Positions 35,072-44,230 of a stretch of DNA of 64,000 nt are shown here, piece after piece (within the stretch, counting starts at the first letter, position 1; every line of letters begins with the position of its first letter). Position numbers and translations under genes: made by a program. The notes beneath the pieces are model-generated. The model did not search any database. It saw only the letters and a program-made list of their open reading frames with translations, and was not told the DNA's origin. The DNA comes from an uncultured Candidatus Saccharibacteria bacterium (GTDB lineage: Bacteria; Patescibacteriota; Minisyncoccia; Phycocordibacterales; JAACPR01): contig CAZVRT010000001.1 in NCBI GenBank assembly GCA_964630375.1, forward strand, positions 135,379 to 199,378. The letters are read 5' to 3'.

Positions 35072-36244
35072 ATGAAAGATATTGAAATTGCAGAATTAAT
35101 AAAGAAGGAAAATCAAAGACAAGAGAGTGTTATAAATCTTATCGCTTCAGAAAACTATGTTTCAGATGATGTTTTGGCGGCACTTGGTTCAAAATTGAAC
35201 AACAAATACGCAGAAGGTTATCCAAATGCGCGATATTACGGTGGAAATGAAATTGTTGATCAAGTTGAGTCTTTGACACAAAAGCGCGCGCTTGAAGCTT
35301 TTGGTTTAAATGAAAATGAATGGGCGGTAAATGTCCAAGCGCTTTCAGGTTCTCCGGCAAACTTGGCAGTTTATTTTGCGCTTGTAGAAAAAGGAGGAAA
35401 GATAATGGGAATGCGACTTGATCACGGAGGACATCTTACTCATGGTCACAAAGTTTCTGCGACAGGAAGTTTTTATGAATCAATTCAATTCGGAGTTGAT
35501 GAACAAACTGAACTTTTAAATTTTGAAGAAATAGAAAAAATTGCACAGCAAGAAAAACCAAAAATTATTGTTGCTGGTTTTACCGCATATCCGCGAATAA
35601 TTGATTGGCAAAAATTTCGAGAGATTGCTGATAAGGTCGGAGCGTATTTGATGGTGGACATGTCTCATATCGCAGGGCTTGTTGCTGGAGGAGTTTATCC
35701 TTCGCCGTTTCCGTATGCTGATATTGTCACAACAACAACTCACAAAACTTTGCGTGGTCCGAGAAGTGCGCTGATTTTTTCACGAAAAGACGATAGAAAA
35801 TTAAATGAAAAAATAAACAAAGCAGTTTTTCCTGGGCTTCAAGGTGGTCCACACATCAATCAAATTGCCGGAGTTGCAGTTGCGTTGAAAGAAGTAAACT
35901 CAGAAGAATTTAAAAAATACGCTGAGCAAATTGTGAAAAATGCAAAAGCGTTGTCAGACGAATTGCAAAACCTTGGTTGGCGAGTCGTTTCTGGTGGAAC
36001 TGATTCTCACTTGGTTTTGGTTGATACTTGGATGAATGGAAAGGGAATTTCAGGAAAAGAGGCTAGTGATAAATTGGAGGCGGAAGGAATTATCGTGAAC
36101 AAAAACACGATTCCAAACGACCAAAGAAGCCCTGCTGATCCGTCAGGAATTCGTCTTGGTACCGCAGCTGAAACTACTCGCGGAAAAAAAGAAAAAGATT
36201 TTGAGGAGATTGCTAGAAAAATTGACGAGGTTTTGCGAAAATAA
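35072..36244 (+). CDS. glyA: Serine hydroxymethyltransferase
   Basis: LIASENYVS...YAEGYPNARYYGG...LDHGGHLTHG...TTTTHKTLRGPR (PLP Lys in THKT). Confidence 0.9.
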   Translation: MKDIEIAELIKKENQRQESVINLIASENYVSDDVLAALGSKLNNKYAEGYPNARYYGGNEIVDQVESLTQKRALEAFGLNENEWAVNVQALSGSPANLAVYFALVEKGGKIMGMRLDHGGHLTHGHKVSATGSFYESIQFGVDEQTELLNFEEIEKIAQQEKPKIIVAGFTAYPRIIDWQKFREIADKVGAYLMVDMSHIAGLVAGGVYPSPFPYADIVTTTTHKTLRGPRSALIFSRKDDRKLNEKINKAVFPGLQGGPHINQIAGVAVALKEVNSEEFKKYAEQIVKNAKALSDELQNLGWRVVSGGTDSHLVLVDTWMNGKGISGKEASDKLEAEGIIVNKNTIPNDQRSPADPSGIRLGTAAETTRGKKEKDFEEIARKIDEVLRK

Positions 36245-36260
36245 ATTTTAGAAAATAAAA

Positions 36261-36683
36261 ATGCAAATCAAATTCAAAAAATTAAATGAAAATGCAATAG
36301 CTCCAAATTATGCATATCAGTTTGATGCAGGAATGGATTTATTTTGTTCTGAAAATATTTCAATCGAGCCAAATCAGAGAGTACAAGTTTCAACAGGAAT
36401 TGCAATGGAAATTCCGGGAGGTTTTGTCGGATTGATTTGGGACAAAAGTGGATTGTCGCATAAAAGTGGGTTAAAAACTTTGGGAGGTGTTATTGATTCT
36501 CAATATCGTGGGGAAATAAAAATCGGAATAATAAATTTAAGTGATGAAATATTTCATTTTGAAGTTGGGCAGAAAGTTGCACAGATGTTGATTCAAAAAG
36601 TTGAGCAAGTTGATTTGGTCGAGTCGATGGAACTTTCTGAAACTAATCGTGGTGAAGGGGGTTTTGGAAGCACTGGAAAATAA
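36261..36683 (+). CDS. dut: dUTP diphosphatase
   Basis: AGMDL, GLIWDKSGL, GVIDSQYRGEI and a C-terminal GFGSTG give all five dUTPase motifs. Confidence 0.85.
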   Translation: MQIKFKKLNENAIAPNYAYQFDAGMDLFCSENISIEPNQRVQVSTGIAMEIPGGFVGLIWDKSGLSHKSGLKTLGGVIDSQYRGEIKIGIINLSDEIFHFEVGQKVAQMLIQKVEQVDLVESMELSETNRGEGGFGSTGK

Positions 36684-36695
36684 ATCTGAAATAAA

Positions 36696-37385
36696 ATGCA
36701 AACACAAAATAAAAAAGGAAAATTTATTGTGATAGATGGGACAGATGGTTCTGGAAAGGGAACACAAACAGAATTGCTGGTTAATGCACTCAAAGCAAAA
36801 AACTTGGATGTGATAACTTTAGATTTTCCTCAATACGGAAAATCTTCTTGTTATTTTGTAGAAAAATATTTAAGAGGAGAATACGGAACTGCGGATGAAG
36901 TTGGTGCAAAAAGAGCTTCTTTGTTTTATGCGTTAGATCGTTTTGATATTTCAAAACAAATAAAAGATTGGTTGGATGAAGGGAAAATAATTGTAAGCAA
37001 TCGATATGTTTCAGCTAGTATGGGTCATCAAGCTGGAAAAATAAAAGATTTTGAAGAAAGAGAAAAGTTTTTAGATTGGTTGGATGAATTAGAATTTGAA
37101 ATTTGCGAAATTCCCAGACCTGATGAAATTATTTTCTTGTATATGCCGCCAGAAATTGGGCAAAAATTAGTTGATCAGAAATCTGCTCGCGATTATACAA
37201 ATGGTAAAAAGAGAGATATTCATGAAGCGGATTTAGATCATTTGAAAAATGCATCGGAAGCTTATAAATACGTTGCAAATAAATTTAATTGGAAAACTAT
37301 AAATTGTACTGAAGGCGATGAAATTTTGAGTAGAGAACAAATTTTAAATCAGATTTTAAAGGTTTTGGAAGATGTGCTAGACTAG
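36696..37385 (+). CDS. tmk: Thymidylate kinase
   Basis: FIVIDGTDGSGKGTQ P-loop and DRY-like SNRYVSAS region. Confidence 0.85.
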   Translation: MQTQNKKGKFIVIDGTDGSGKGTQTELLVNALKAKNLDVITLDFPQYGKSSCYFVEKYLRGEYGTADEVGAKRASLFYALDRFDISKQIKDWLDEGKIIVSNRYVSASMGHQAGKIKDFEEREKFLDWLDELEFEICEIPRPDEIIFLYMPPEIGQKLVDQKSARDYTNGKKRDIHEADLDHLKNASEAYKYVANKFNWKTINCTEGDEILSREQILNQILKVLEDVLD

Positions 37386-37392
37386 CCACAAC

Positions 37393-39111
37393 ATGCAGGA
37401 AAGAATAAAAACGGTAATAAAAGACATAATTACAGGGCTTGGTTTGGAGCAAGTTGATTTTGTTGTTGAACACCCTGCGGATTTATCTTATGGAGATTAT
37501 TCTACAAATGTGGCGATGATTCTTTCAAAAAAACTTGGGAAAAGTCCGATTGAAGTTGCTAATGATATGCAAAAAGGTCTGGAAGCAAGTTTTAATGGCG
37601 ACATCGAAAAAGTAGAAATTGCTGGTCCGGGATTTATAAATTTTTATTTATCAAAAAAGTTTTTTGAAGAAGCTGTTCAAGATGTAATTAATCAAGGAAA
37701 AAATTACGGACAAAATAATCACTTGGAAGGACAAAAAACAATTATTGAGTTTACTGATCCTAATCCTTTTAAGGCATTTCATATCGGACACATGATGAGT
37801 AATTTTATAGGTGAAGCTCTTTGCAAAATTTCTGAATGGAACGGTGCTGAAGTGAAGCGAGCGATTTATCAAGGTGATGTTGGATTGCATGTAGCGATGG
37901 CTGTTTGGGGGATGGTACAAAATCGAGCTGGGTTTCCTAGTGATAATGATTCTTTGGATATGAAAGTTCGTTTTCTTTCAAACTCTTATGCTTTTGGAGC
38001 GACTGAATATAAAAGAGATGAACGAGCAAAAAAAGAAATTGAGGTAACTAACAAAATGATTTTTGAGAAATCAAATCATGAATTGAATATTTATTATGAA
38101 AAAGGAAAGAAATGGAGTTTGGAAGCATTTGAAGTAATTTACAAAAGACTTGGAACAAAATTTGATTTTTACTTTTTGGAAAGTGAAAGTGCAGAGTTCG
38201 GGAAGCAAACTGTTTTAAGTAATATTGAAAATGGAATTTTTGAAGTTGGTGAAGGTGGTGCGGTAATTTATAAAGGAGAAAAACATGGATTGCATACTCG
38301 AGTTTTTATAAACTCAATGGGACTTCCGACATACGAAGCTAAAGAACTTGGTTTGGCGAAAATTAAATCAGAAACTTACGAATACGATCGCTCGATTGTT
38401 ATAACTGCAAGTGAGCAAAACCAATATTTCAAAGTTGTGTTGCAGGCGATGAATGAAATTTTTCCTGATTTGGCTTCAAAAACAACTCACATGTCTCATG
38501 GAATGTTGCGACTTCCGTCTGGAAAAATGAGTTCTCGAACAGGGGATGTTATTACGGCAGAACAATTGATTGAAGATGTGCGAACAAAAGTTGCAGAAAA
38601 AGTTGCTGAAAGAGATTATGATGACGTTTTAAAAGAAGATGTTATTGAAAAAGTCGCACTTGGTTCTCTTAAATATTCAATTTTAAAACAAGCAATTGGT
38701 CGTGACATTATTTTTGATTTTGATAAATCACTTTCTTTTGAAGGTGATTCTGGTCCGTATCTTCAATACACTGCTGCGCGTTCAGCTTCGATTTTGAGAA
38801 AGGCGGAAGCCGAAGGATTTTCTGCATTTGGCGGCGCTCAACCTGAAGAGTGGGAAGTAACAAACGTTGAAAAAATTATAAATAGATTTCCTGAAGTCGT
38901 AAAAGAATCTTACGAAGAACTTGCACCGCAAAAAATAATTTCTTATCTAACTGAGTTGGCGAGTGAATTTAATAGTTTTTATGGTTCTCATAAAATTGTT
39001 GATACGGAAGATTTGGCAACACCCTACAAAATTGGAATTACACAATCAGTGCTTATTGTATTGGAAAACGGAATGGAAATTTTAGGAATGCAGCTGCCAG
39101 AAAGAATGTAA
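37393..39111 (+). CDS. argS: Arginyl-tRNA synthetase
   Basis: TDPNPFKAFHIGH class-I HIGH motif in ArgRS context, with an N-terminal Arg_tRNA_synt_N-like domain and C-terminal DALR-type helical domain. 572 aa. Confidence 0.85.
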   Translation: MQERIKTVIKDIITGLGLEQVDFVVEHPADLSYGDYSTNVAMILSKKLGKSPIEVANDMQKGLEASFNGDIEKVEIAGPGFINFYLSKKFFEEAVQDVINQGKNYGQNNHLEGQKTIIEFTDPNPFKAFHIGHMMSNFIGEALCKISEWNGAEVKRAIYQGDVGLHVAMAVWGMVQNRAGFPSDNDSLDMKVRFLSNSYAFGATEYKRDERAKKEIEVTNKMIFEKSNHELNIYYEKGKKWSLEAFEVIYKRLGTKFDFYFLESESAEFGKQTVLSNIENGIFEVGEGGAVIYKGEKHGLHTRVFINSMGLPTYEAKELGLAKIKSETYEYDRSIVITASEQNQYFKVVLQAMNEIFPDLASKTTHMSHGMLRLPSGKMSSRTGDVITAEQLIEDVRTKVAEKVAERDYDDVLKEDVIEKVALGSLKYSILKQAIGRDIIFDFDKSLSFEGDSGPYLQYTAARSASILRKAEAEGFSAFGGAQPEEWEVTNVEKIINRFPEVVKESYEELAPQKIISYLTELASEFNSFYGSHKIVDTEDLATPYKIGITQSVLIVLENGMEILGMQLPERM

Positions 39112-39167
39112 ATCTCGAGTCAATTTGATTTGACTTAAATATATTTTATGGTATTTTCATAAACGAT

Positions 39168-39527
39168 ATGAGTTCATTGTTTTCTGAATTGCCGGAAATT
39201 TTCGTCTGCAAAGACGGAGATTTGTTAACTTGTGAAAAACAAAACGAGGATTGGACTTGGCTGAAGGCCGAGTTCACCTACAACGAAAGTGGAGAAGTGA
39301 CTCAATGTCGTTTCGTAAGGTTGGATGAGAATTATCGCCCAACCGGACAGCGAATCGATGAGCTTCTTCAGGCTTCTTCTGACGAGCATGATGGGCAGAT
39401 GGCCTTGGCTGCTGTCAAAGCTTTTTATCATTACGATAAGATTTGCAAACATGCTTCACAAGCCAGAGACGTGCTAGTGGCTCACGGGTATCCTGTGGAA
39501 GAAAATGAAGTGTTTTGTGGGATTTAA
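39168..39527 (+). CDS. Hypothetical protein (GC-richer codon usage)
   Basis: 119-aa ORF with its own GC-rich terminator and no recognisable motif. Confidence 0.35.
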   Translation: MSSLFSELPEIFVCKDGDLLTCEKQNEDWTWLKAEFTYNESGEVTQCRFVRLDENYRPTGQRIDELLQASSDEHDGQMALAAVKAFYHYDKICKHASQARDVLVAHGYPVEENEVFCGI

Positions 39528-39540
39528 TGGAATTTTCTCG

Positions 39541-39570
39541 AAGGCGCGGACGAAGTCCGCGCCTTTTTTA
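39541..39570 (+). terminator. GC-rich hairpin terminator (GGACGAAGTCC-core family)
   Basis: aaggcgcggac-gaa-gtccgcgcctt followed by ttttta. Same core as the hairpin at 16905. Confidence 0.65.
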
Positions 39571-39609
39571 TTTGACAATAAATAACCAAAATTGTAATTT
39601 ATTCTCTGA

Positions 39610-40053
39610 ATGAGTGACACACCTGAGTACATACTAGACATTGATTCTCCTAAAAAATGGAGAAATCAGAAACCCCAAGATGAATCTGTGCTAGATTCTT
39701 TCACCAGAATTCCTGAGGAAGTTTCAGAAGAAGTCCGTTTGGAAATCGAACGAATCACAAGAGTGGTAATACACCAAGAAGTTGGAAAAATTTCATTTTA
39801 CGTTTTTACTACCAGCAGAGAATGGATAGCTCAGAGTTTTTCTGATGATGGAAATCATTTTGAAACATACTTACTTTCTGAAGATCCAAACTTTGAACCG
39901 CCTGGTCATGATGTTCCTTATTTCAGAACTTGTCCGCAGGTCAGGAGTATTGCAATCAGGATTTGCAAGGATTATATTTTTGGAAATGTTCGTAGAGATC
40001 ATTTCTGCGAAGCTTGGCAAAAGTTTTGCCGCTCTGGTTTCAAAAGCGAATAG
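39610..40053 (+). CDS. Hypothetical protein
   Basis: 147-aa ORF, followed by a short hairpin gcgcctctgagcgc plus T-run (40059..40077). Confidence 0.35.
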   Translation: MSDTPEYILDIDSPKKWRNQKPQDESVLDSFTRIPEEVSEEVRLEIERITRVVIHQEVGKISFYVFTTSREWIAQSFSDDGNHFETYLLSEDPNFEPPGHDVPYFRTCPQVRSIAIRICKDYIFGNVRRDHFCEAWQKFCRSGFKSE

Positions 40054-40119
40054 TTTCTGCGCCTCTGAGCGCTTTTTATTTAATTGAAACAAAGCCCTAA
40101 ATGTCGTATGCTGTAAATC

Positions 40120-43100
40120 ATGACAAACGAGGCAGATGAAACTAACAAAAGTCAAATAGCTCAAAGAGAAGAAAAAATTCTAGAATTTTGGAATCAAAAT
40201 GAAATCTTTAAAAAATCTTTAGAAAAAGAAGCTAAAAATGGCGATTTTGTGTTTTTTGATGGACCTCCTTTTGCAACAGGAATGCCACATTATGGACACC
40301 TTCTTCCTGGGACTGTGAAAGATATTATTCCTCGTTACAAAACCATGAACGGATACAGAGTGACTCGTCGGTGGGGTTGGGATACTCACGGTCTTCCAAT
40401 CGAAAATCTAATTCAAAAAGAAAGAGGTCTTCAAACAAAACAAGATATAGAAGATTTTGGAATTAAAAATTTTAATGAAGCTGCTAGAGCCAGTGTTTTT
40501 CGGTATTTGGATGAGTGGAAAAAAATTATTCCTCGAACTGGTCGTTGGGTAGATTTTGAAGACAACTACATCACAATGGATTCTAAATATATGGAATCTG
40601 AATGGTGGATGTGGAAGACACTTCATCAAAACGGTTTGGCTTATGAAGGTTTTAAATCAATGCATATTTCTCCTTTGCTTGAAACCGCACTTTCAAACTT
40701 TGAAGTAAATCAAAATTACAAAGACATTACAGATTTATCGGCAACTGTAAAATTTGAGTTAGTGGACGAAAAGGGAACTTTTGTTTTGGCTTGGACAACA
40801 ACTCCTTGGACGCTTCCGGGGAATGTCGCATTGGCGATAAATAAAAATCTTTCTTATATAAAAGTAAAATCTGAAAATGAATTTTATATCGTAGCAAAAG
40901 ATTTAGTTGAAAAAGTTTTTGAAGGAAAAGAATATGAAATTATTTCAGAAATTTCTGCCGAAGATTTGCTTGGAAAAAAATACACTCCACCTTTCAATTA
41001 TTTTATAAACGATCCTAATTTAGAAAATCGTGAAAATGGCTGGAAAATTTATCACGGAGATTTTGTGACAACAGAAGATGGAACGGGAATTGTGCATATT
41101 GCTCCAGCTTTTGGTGAAGATGACTTGAATTTAGGTAAAGAAAATAATTTGCCGTTTGTTCAACATGTAAAAATTGATGGAACAATAAAACCAGAAGTAA
41201 AAGAATTTGCAGGACTTCAAGCAAAACCAAAAGAAGATCCGATGCAAACTGATATTGAGTTTGTAAAATATTTGGCTCACAACGGATTTTTGTTTAGCAA
41301 GAAAAAATACACTCACTCATATCCGCATTGTTGGAGAACTGATGCGCCACTTTTGAATTATGCGATGTCTTCTTGGTACATCAAGGTAACTGATTTGAAA
41401 GACAAAATTGTTAAGGAAAACGATAAAATAAATTGGTCGCCTGACTTTGTTGGGAAATCTCGTTTTGGAAATTGGTTGAAAGACGCTAAAGATTGGTCTG
41501 TTTCTCGTGCGCGATTTTGGGGAACACCGATTCCGGTTTGGAAATCAGAAGATGAAAGTGAGATTGCAATAATTGGTTCAGTTGATGAGTTAAAAGAAAA
41601 AACAAAAAGTTCAAATACTTTTGTCGTGTTGCGACATGGAGAAGCTGATCATAATTTAGAAAATAAAGCTTCTGATAGTGATAATCCGCCAAGTAACCTA
41701 ACTCAAAGAGGAAAAGATGACATTGCAAGAACTGCAGAAAATTTTACAGGAGAAACTTTTGATTTAATTTATTCTTCACCTTTAATCAGAACAAAAGCCA
41801 CTGCGGAAATCATTGCAGAAAAAATTGGTTATCCGAAAGAAAATATTATCTTTGATGAAAGAATTGCAGAAGTGAAAACTGGTTTTGATGGACGTCCAAT
41901 TTCAGAATATCGAAATTATTTTTCTTCAAATTTAGAAAAATTCGAAAAAGCTGCGCCAGGTGGAGAAACTCTTTTTGAATTAAAAAAACGAGTTGGAAGT
42001 TTTTTGAAAGATATTGATTCTCAAAATGTTGGAAAGAAAATTTTGGTTGTAACTCACGAATATGTAACTTGGATGATGGTCTCTGCAAATGAAGGTTTGA
42101 ATGTGAAAGATACAGTTGCAATAAAAAATGACACGGAAGATTTTATCGAAACAGGGAAGACTATCGAGTTCGTTCCAAATCGGTTGCCTGTAAATGATAA
42201 TTTTGAAGTCGATTTGCATCGACCATATATTGATGATGTCGTTTTCATGCAAAACGAAAAAATAATGAAAAGAATTCCAGATGTTTTTGATACTTGGGTT
42301 GATTCTGGATCAGTTCCTTTTGCTTCGAATTTTTATCCAAAAAATAAAGAAAGATTTAATCCAGATTCAGGTTTGTTTAAAAAATCAATAAATTATCCAG
42401 CTGACTTTATTTCTGAAAGTTTGGATCAAACACGAGGTTGGTTTTATTCTTTGATTGTTTTGAATACTGCTTTGTTTGGGCATTCTCCTTATAAAAATGT
42501 TGCGGTGACTGGGCTTGTATTGGCGGAAGATGGAAGAAAAATGTCTAAAAGTTTAAAAAATTATCCGGAAATTGATTCTGTTTTAAATAAATTTGGTGCT
42601 GATGCTATGAGATATTATTTAATGTCATCTCAAGCAGTGAAAGCTGAGTCGCTTTTATTTTCAGAAAAAGGTGTTGATGAAGTTTCAAAGAAATTGATTG
42701 GTCGTTTAAACAATGTGCTTTCTTTCTATGAAATGTACAAACATGTTTTGGGAAATGAAAAAGCAAATGAAAGTAAAAATGTTTTAGACAAATGGATTTT
42801 ATCTCGTCTTTCAGAATTGAAAGAACAAGTTACAAATTCTTTAGATAATTACGAAATCGACAGAGCAACTCGACCTTTCATGGATTTTGTTGATGATTTA
42901 TCTACTTGGTATATTCGTCGTTCTCGTGACAGATTTAAAAATGAATCAAGTGAAGATGATCAAGAAAATAATGATGCAAAATTTGCAGCTGCGACAACAA
43001 AATTTGTTTTGAAAAATTTATCAAAACTAATGGCTCCTTTTACGCCTTTTATTGCTGAAGAAATTTATCAAACGCTAAAAGATGAGGGTGATGTGGAAAG

Positions 43101-43596
43101 TGTCCATTTGGAATCGTGGCCGGAGTTGCAAAAAGTTGATGAAAAAATAATTTCAGAAATGCAAACTCTGCGGGAAACTGTGACTCGTGCTCTGGAAGAA
43201 AGAACAAAAGTTGGTATAAAAGTTCGACAACCGCTCTCTTTGGTAACTTTGAAAAAAGAAGAATTGAAAAACAAAGATGATTTGTTGGAAATTTTGAAAG
43301 ATGAATTGAATGTAAAAAATGTTGCATTTGATTCTGCTCAGGAAAGTGAAGCTGTTTTAGACACAAATATTTCAGAAGAATTGAAGTTCGAAGGAAATGC
43401 AAGAGAATTTATTCGCTCAATTCAGCAGCTCCGAAAAGAGGCAGGATTACAGCCTTCAAATGAAATTAAAGTTTTTGCACCGCAAAAAATCGAGACAGAA
43501 ATCGGAAACTTTAAAGAAGAAGTTAAAAAAATGGTTCGAGCTACGGAAATAGTTTTCATCGACACGGAAGCAATAAAAATTCAAAAACTTTCTTAA
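40120..43596 (+). CDS. ileS: Isoleucyl-tRNA synthetase (type 2, eukaryote/archaeal-like) carrying an inserted histidine-phosphatase-like domain
   Basis: PPFATGMPHYGHLL (HIGH), GRKMSKSLKN (KMSKS) and a CP1 editing region. The segment between WGTPIPVW and DLHRPYIDD...DTWVDSGS holds an extra ~230 aa containing VVLRHGEADHNL, SSPLIRTKATAEII and LVVTHEYV. Total length is 1158 aa. Confidence 0.9.
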   Translation: MTNEADETNKSQIAQREEKILEFWNQNEIFKKSLEKEAKNGDFVFFDGPPFATGMPHYGHLLPGTVKDIIPRYKTMNGYRVTRRWGWDTHGLPIENLIQKERGLQTKQDIEDFGIKNFNEAARASVFRYLDEWKKIIPRTGRWVDFEDNYITMDSKYMESEWWMWKTLHQNGLAYEGFKSMHISPLLETALSNFEVNQNYKDITDLSATVKFELVDEKGTFVLAWTTTPWTLPGNVALAINKNLSYIKVKSENEFYIVAKDLVEKVFEGKEYEIISEISAEDLLGKKYTPPFNYFINDPNLENRENGWKIYHGDFVTTEDGTGIVHIAPAFGEDDLNLGKENNLPFVQHVKIDGTIKPEVKEFAGLQAKPKEDPMQTDIEFVKYLAHNGFLFSKKKYTHSYPHCWRTDAPLLNYAMSSWYIKVTDLKDKIVKENDKINWSPDFVGKSRFGNWLKDAKDWSVSRARFWGTPIPVWKSEDESEIAIIGSVDELKEKTKSSNTFVVLRHGEADHNLENKASDSDNPPSNLTQRGKDDIARTAENFTGETFDLIYSSPLIRTKATAEIIAEKIGYPKENIIFDERIAEVKTGFDGRPISEYRNYFSSNLEKFEKAAPGGETLFELKKRVGSFLKDIDSQNVGKKILVVTHEYVTWMMVSANEGLNVKDTVAIKNDTEDFIETGKTIEFVPNRLPVNDNFEVDLHRPYIDDVVFMQNEKIMKRIPDVFDTWVDSGSVPFASNFYPKNKERFNPDSGLFKKSINYPADFISESLDQTRGWFYSLIVLNTALFGHSPYKNVAVTGLVLAEDGRKMSKSLKNYPEIDSVLNKFGADAMRYYLMSSQAVKAESLLFSEKGVDEVSKKLIGRLNNVLSFYEMYKHVLGNEKANESKNVLDKWILSRLSELKEQVTNSLDNYEIDRATRPFMDFVDDLSTWYIRRSRDRFKNESSEDDQENNDAKFAAATTKFVLKNLSKLMAPFTPFIAEEIYQTLKDEGDVESVHLESWPELQKVDEKIISEMQTLRETVTRALEERTKVGIKVRQPLSLVTLKKEELKNKDDLLEILKDELNVKNVAFDSAQESEAVLDTNISEELKFEGNAREFIRSIQQLRKEAGLQPSNEIKVFAPQKIETEIGNFKEEVKKMVRATEIVFIDTEAIKIQKLS

Positions 43597-43597
43597 T

Positions 43598-44194
43598 ATG
43601 CATCATATTTACGAAACAAACGCTTTTGTTTTAAAAAATGTTCCGCACGGAGAAGCTGATTCTTTGCTTACAATTTTTACTGAAGATTTAGGAGTTGTTT
43701 TAGCGACCGCACAAGGAATAAGATATGAAAAATCAAAATTGCGTTTCGCTACGCAGAAGCTTTCGCTTTGTAGAGTTTCTCTTGTTCGTGGAAAGGGAAT
43801 GTGGCGATTAACGAATGCAGTTCCAATCGAAAATAATTATTCTAATTTGGATTCAGAGATAGTTTGTGCAATTTCTAGAATTTTTAAACTTCTCGAGAGA
43901 CTAGTTGCGGGCGAGTCATCAGACTCAAAACTTTTTTCAATTTTGCAATCAGGTGTTGAGTATTTAAAAAATATTCAAAATGAAAAAGATTTAAACAAAG
44001 AATTAATTTTAGACATCGAAGCTGTGATTGTTTTAAGAATTTTAAATCGCCTTGGTTATATTGGTTCAGATGAGCGCATAAATTTTTATGTTCTAAACGA
44101 AAATTGGGAAGGGGAGATTTTCGATAAAATGAAACAAGAGCGACGCGATGCTCTAAAAGCTATAAATGCTGGAATTCGGGAAAGCCAACTTTAA
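43598..44194 (+). CDS. recO: DNA repair protein RecO (short form)
   Basis: N-terminal OB-fold AFVLKNVPHGEADSLLTIFTEDLGVV matches the RecO N-terminus. ATG overlaps the ileS stop. Confidence 0.55.
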   Translation: MHHIYETNAFVLKNVPHGEADSLLTIFTEDLGVVLATAQGIRYEKSKLRFATQKLSLCRVSLVRGKGMWRLTNAVPIENNYSNLDSEIVCAISRIFKLLERLVAGESSDSKLFSILQSGVEYLKNIQNEKDLNKELILDIEAVIVLRILNRLGYIGSDERINFYVLNENWEGEIFDKMKQERRDALKAINAGIRESQL

Positions 44195-44230
44195 TTTTAA
44201 ATAAAATTTGCGTGTTATAATTATTTCATT

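Noticed and set aside
29098-35090. Looked for an integrase, transposase or recombinase that could explain the island insertion.
   Set aside because: None of the ORFs in or next to the island has recombinase motifs (no R..H..R..Y tyrosine-recombinase pattern, no DDE or serine-recombinase signatures). The island is therefore called a fixed insertion, not an active mobile element.
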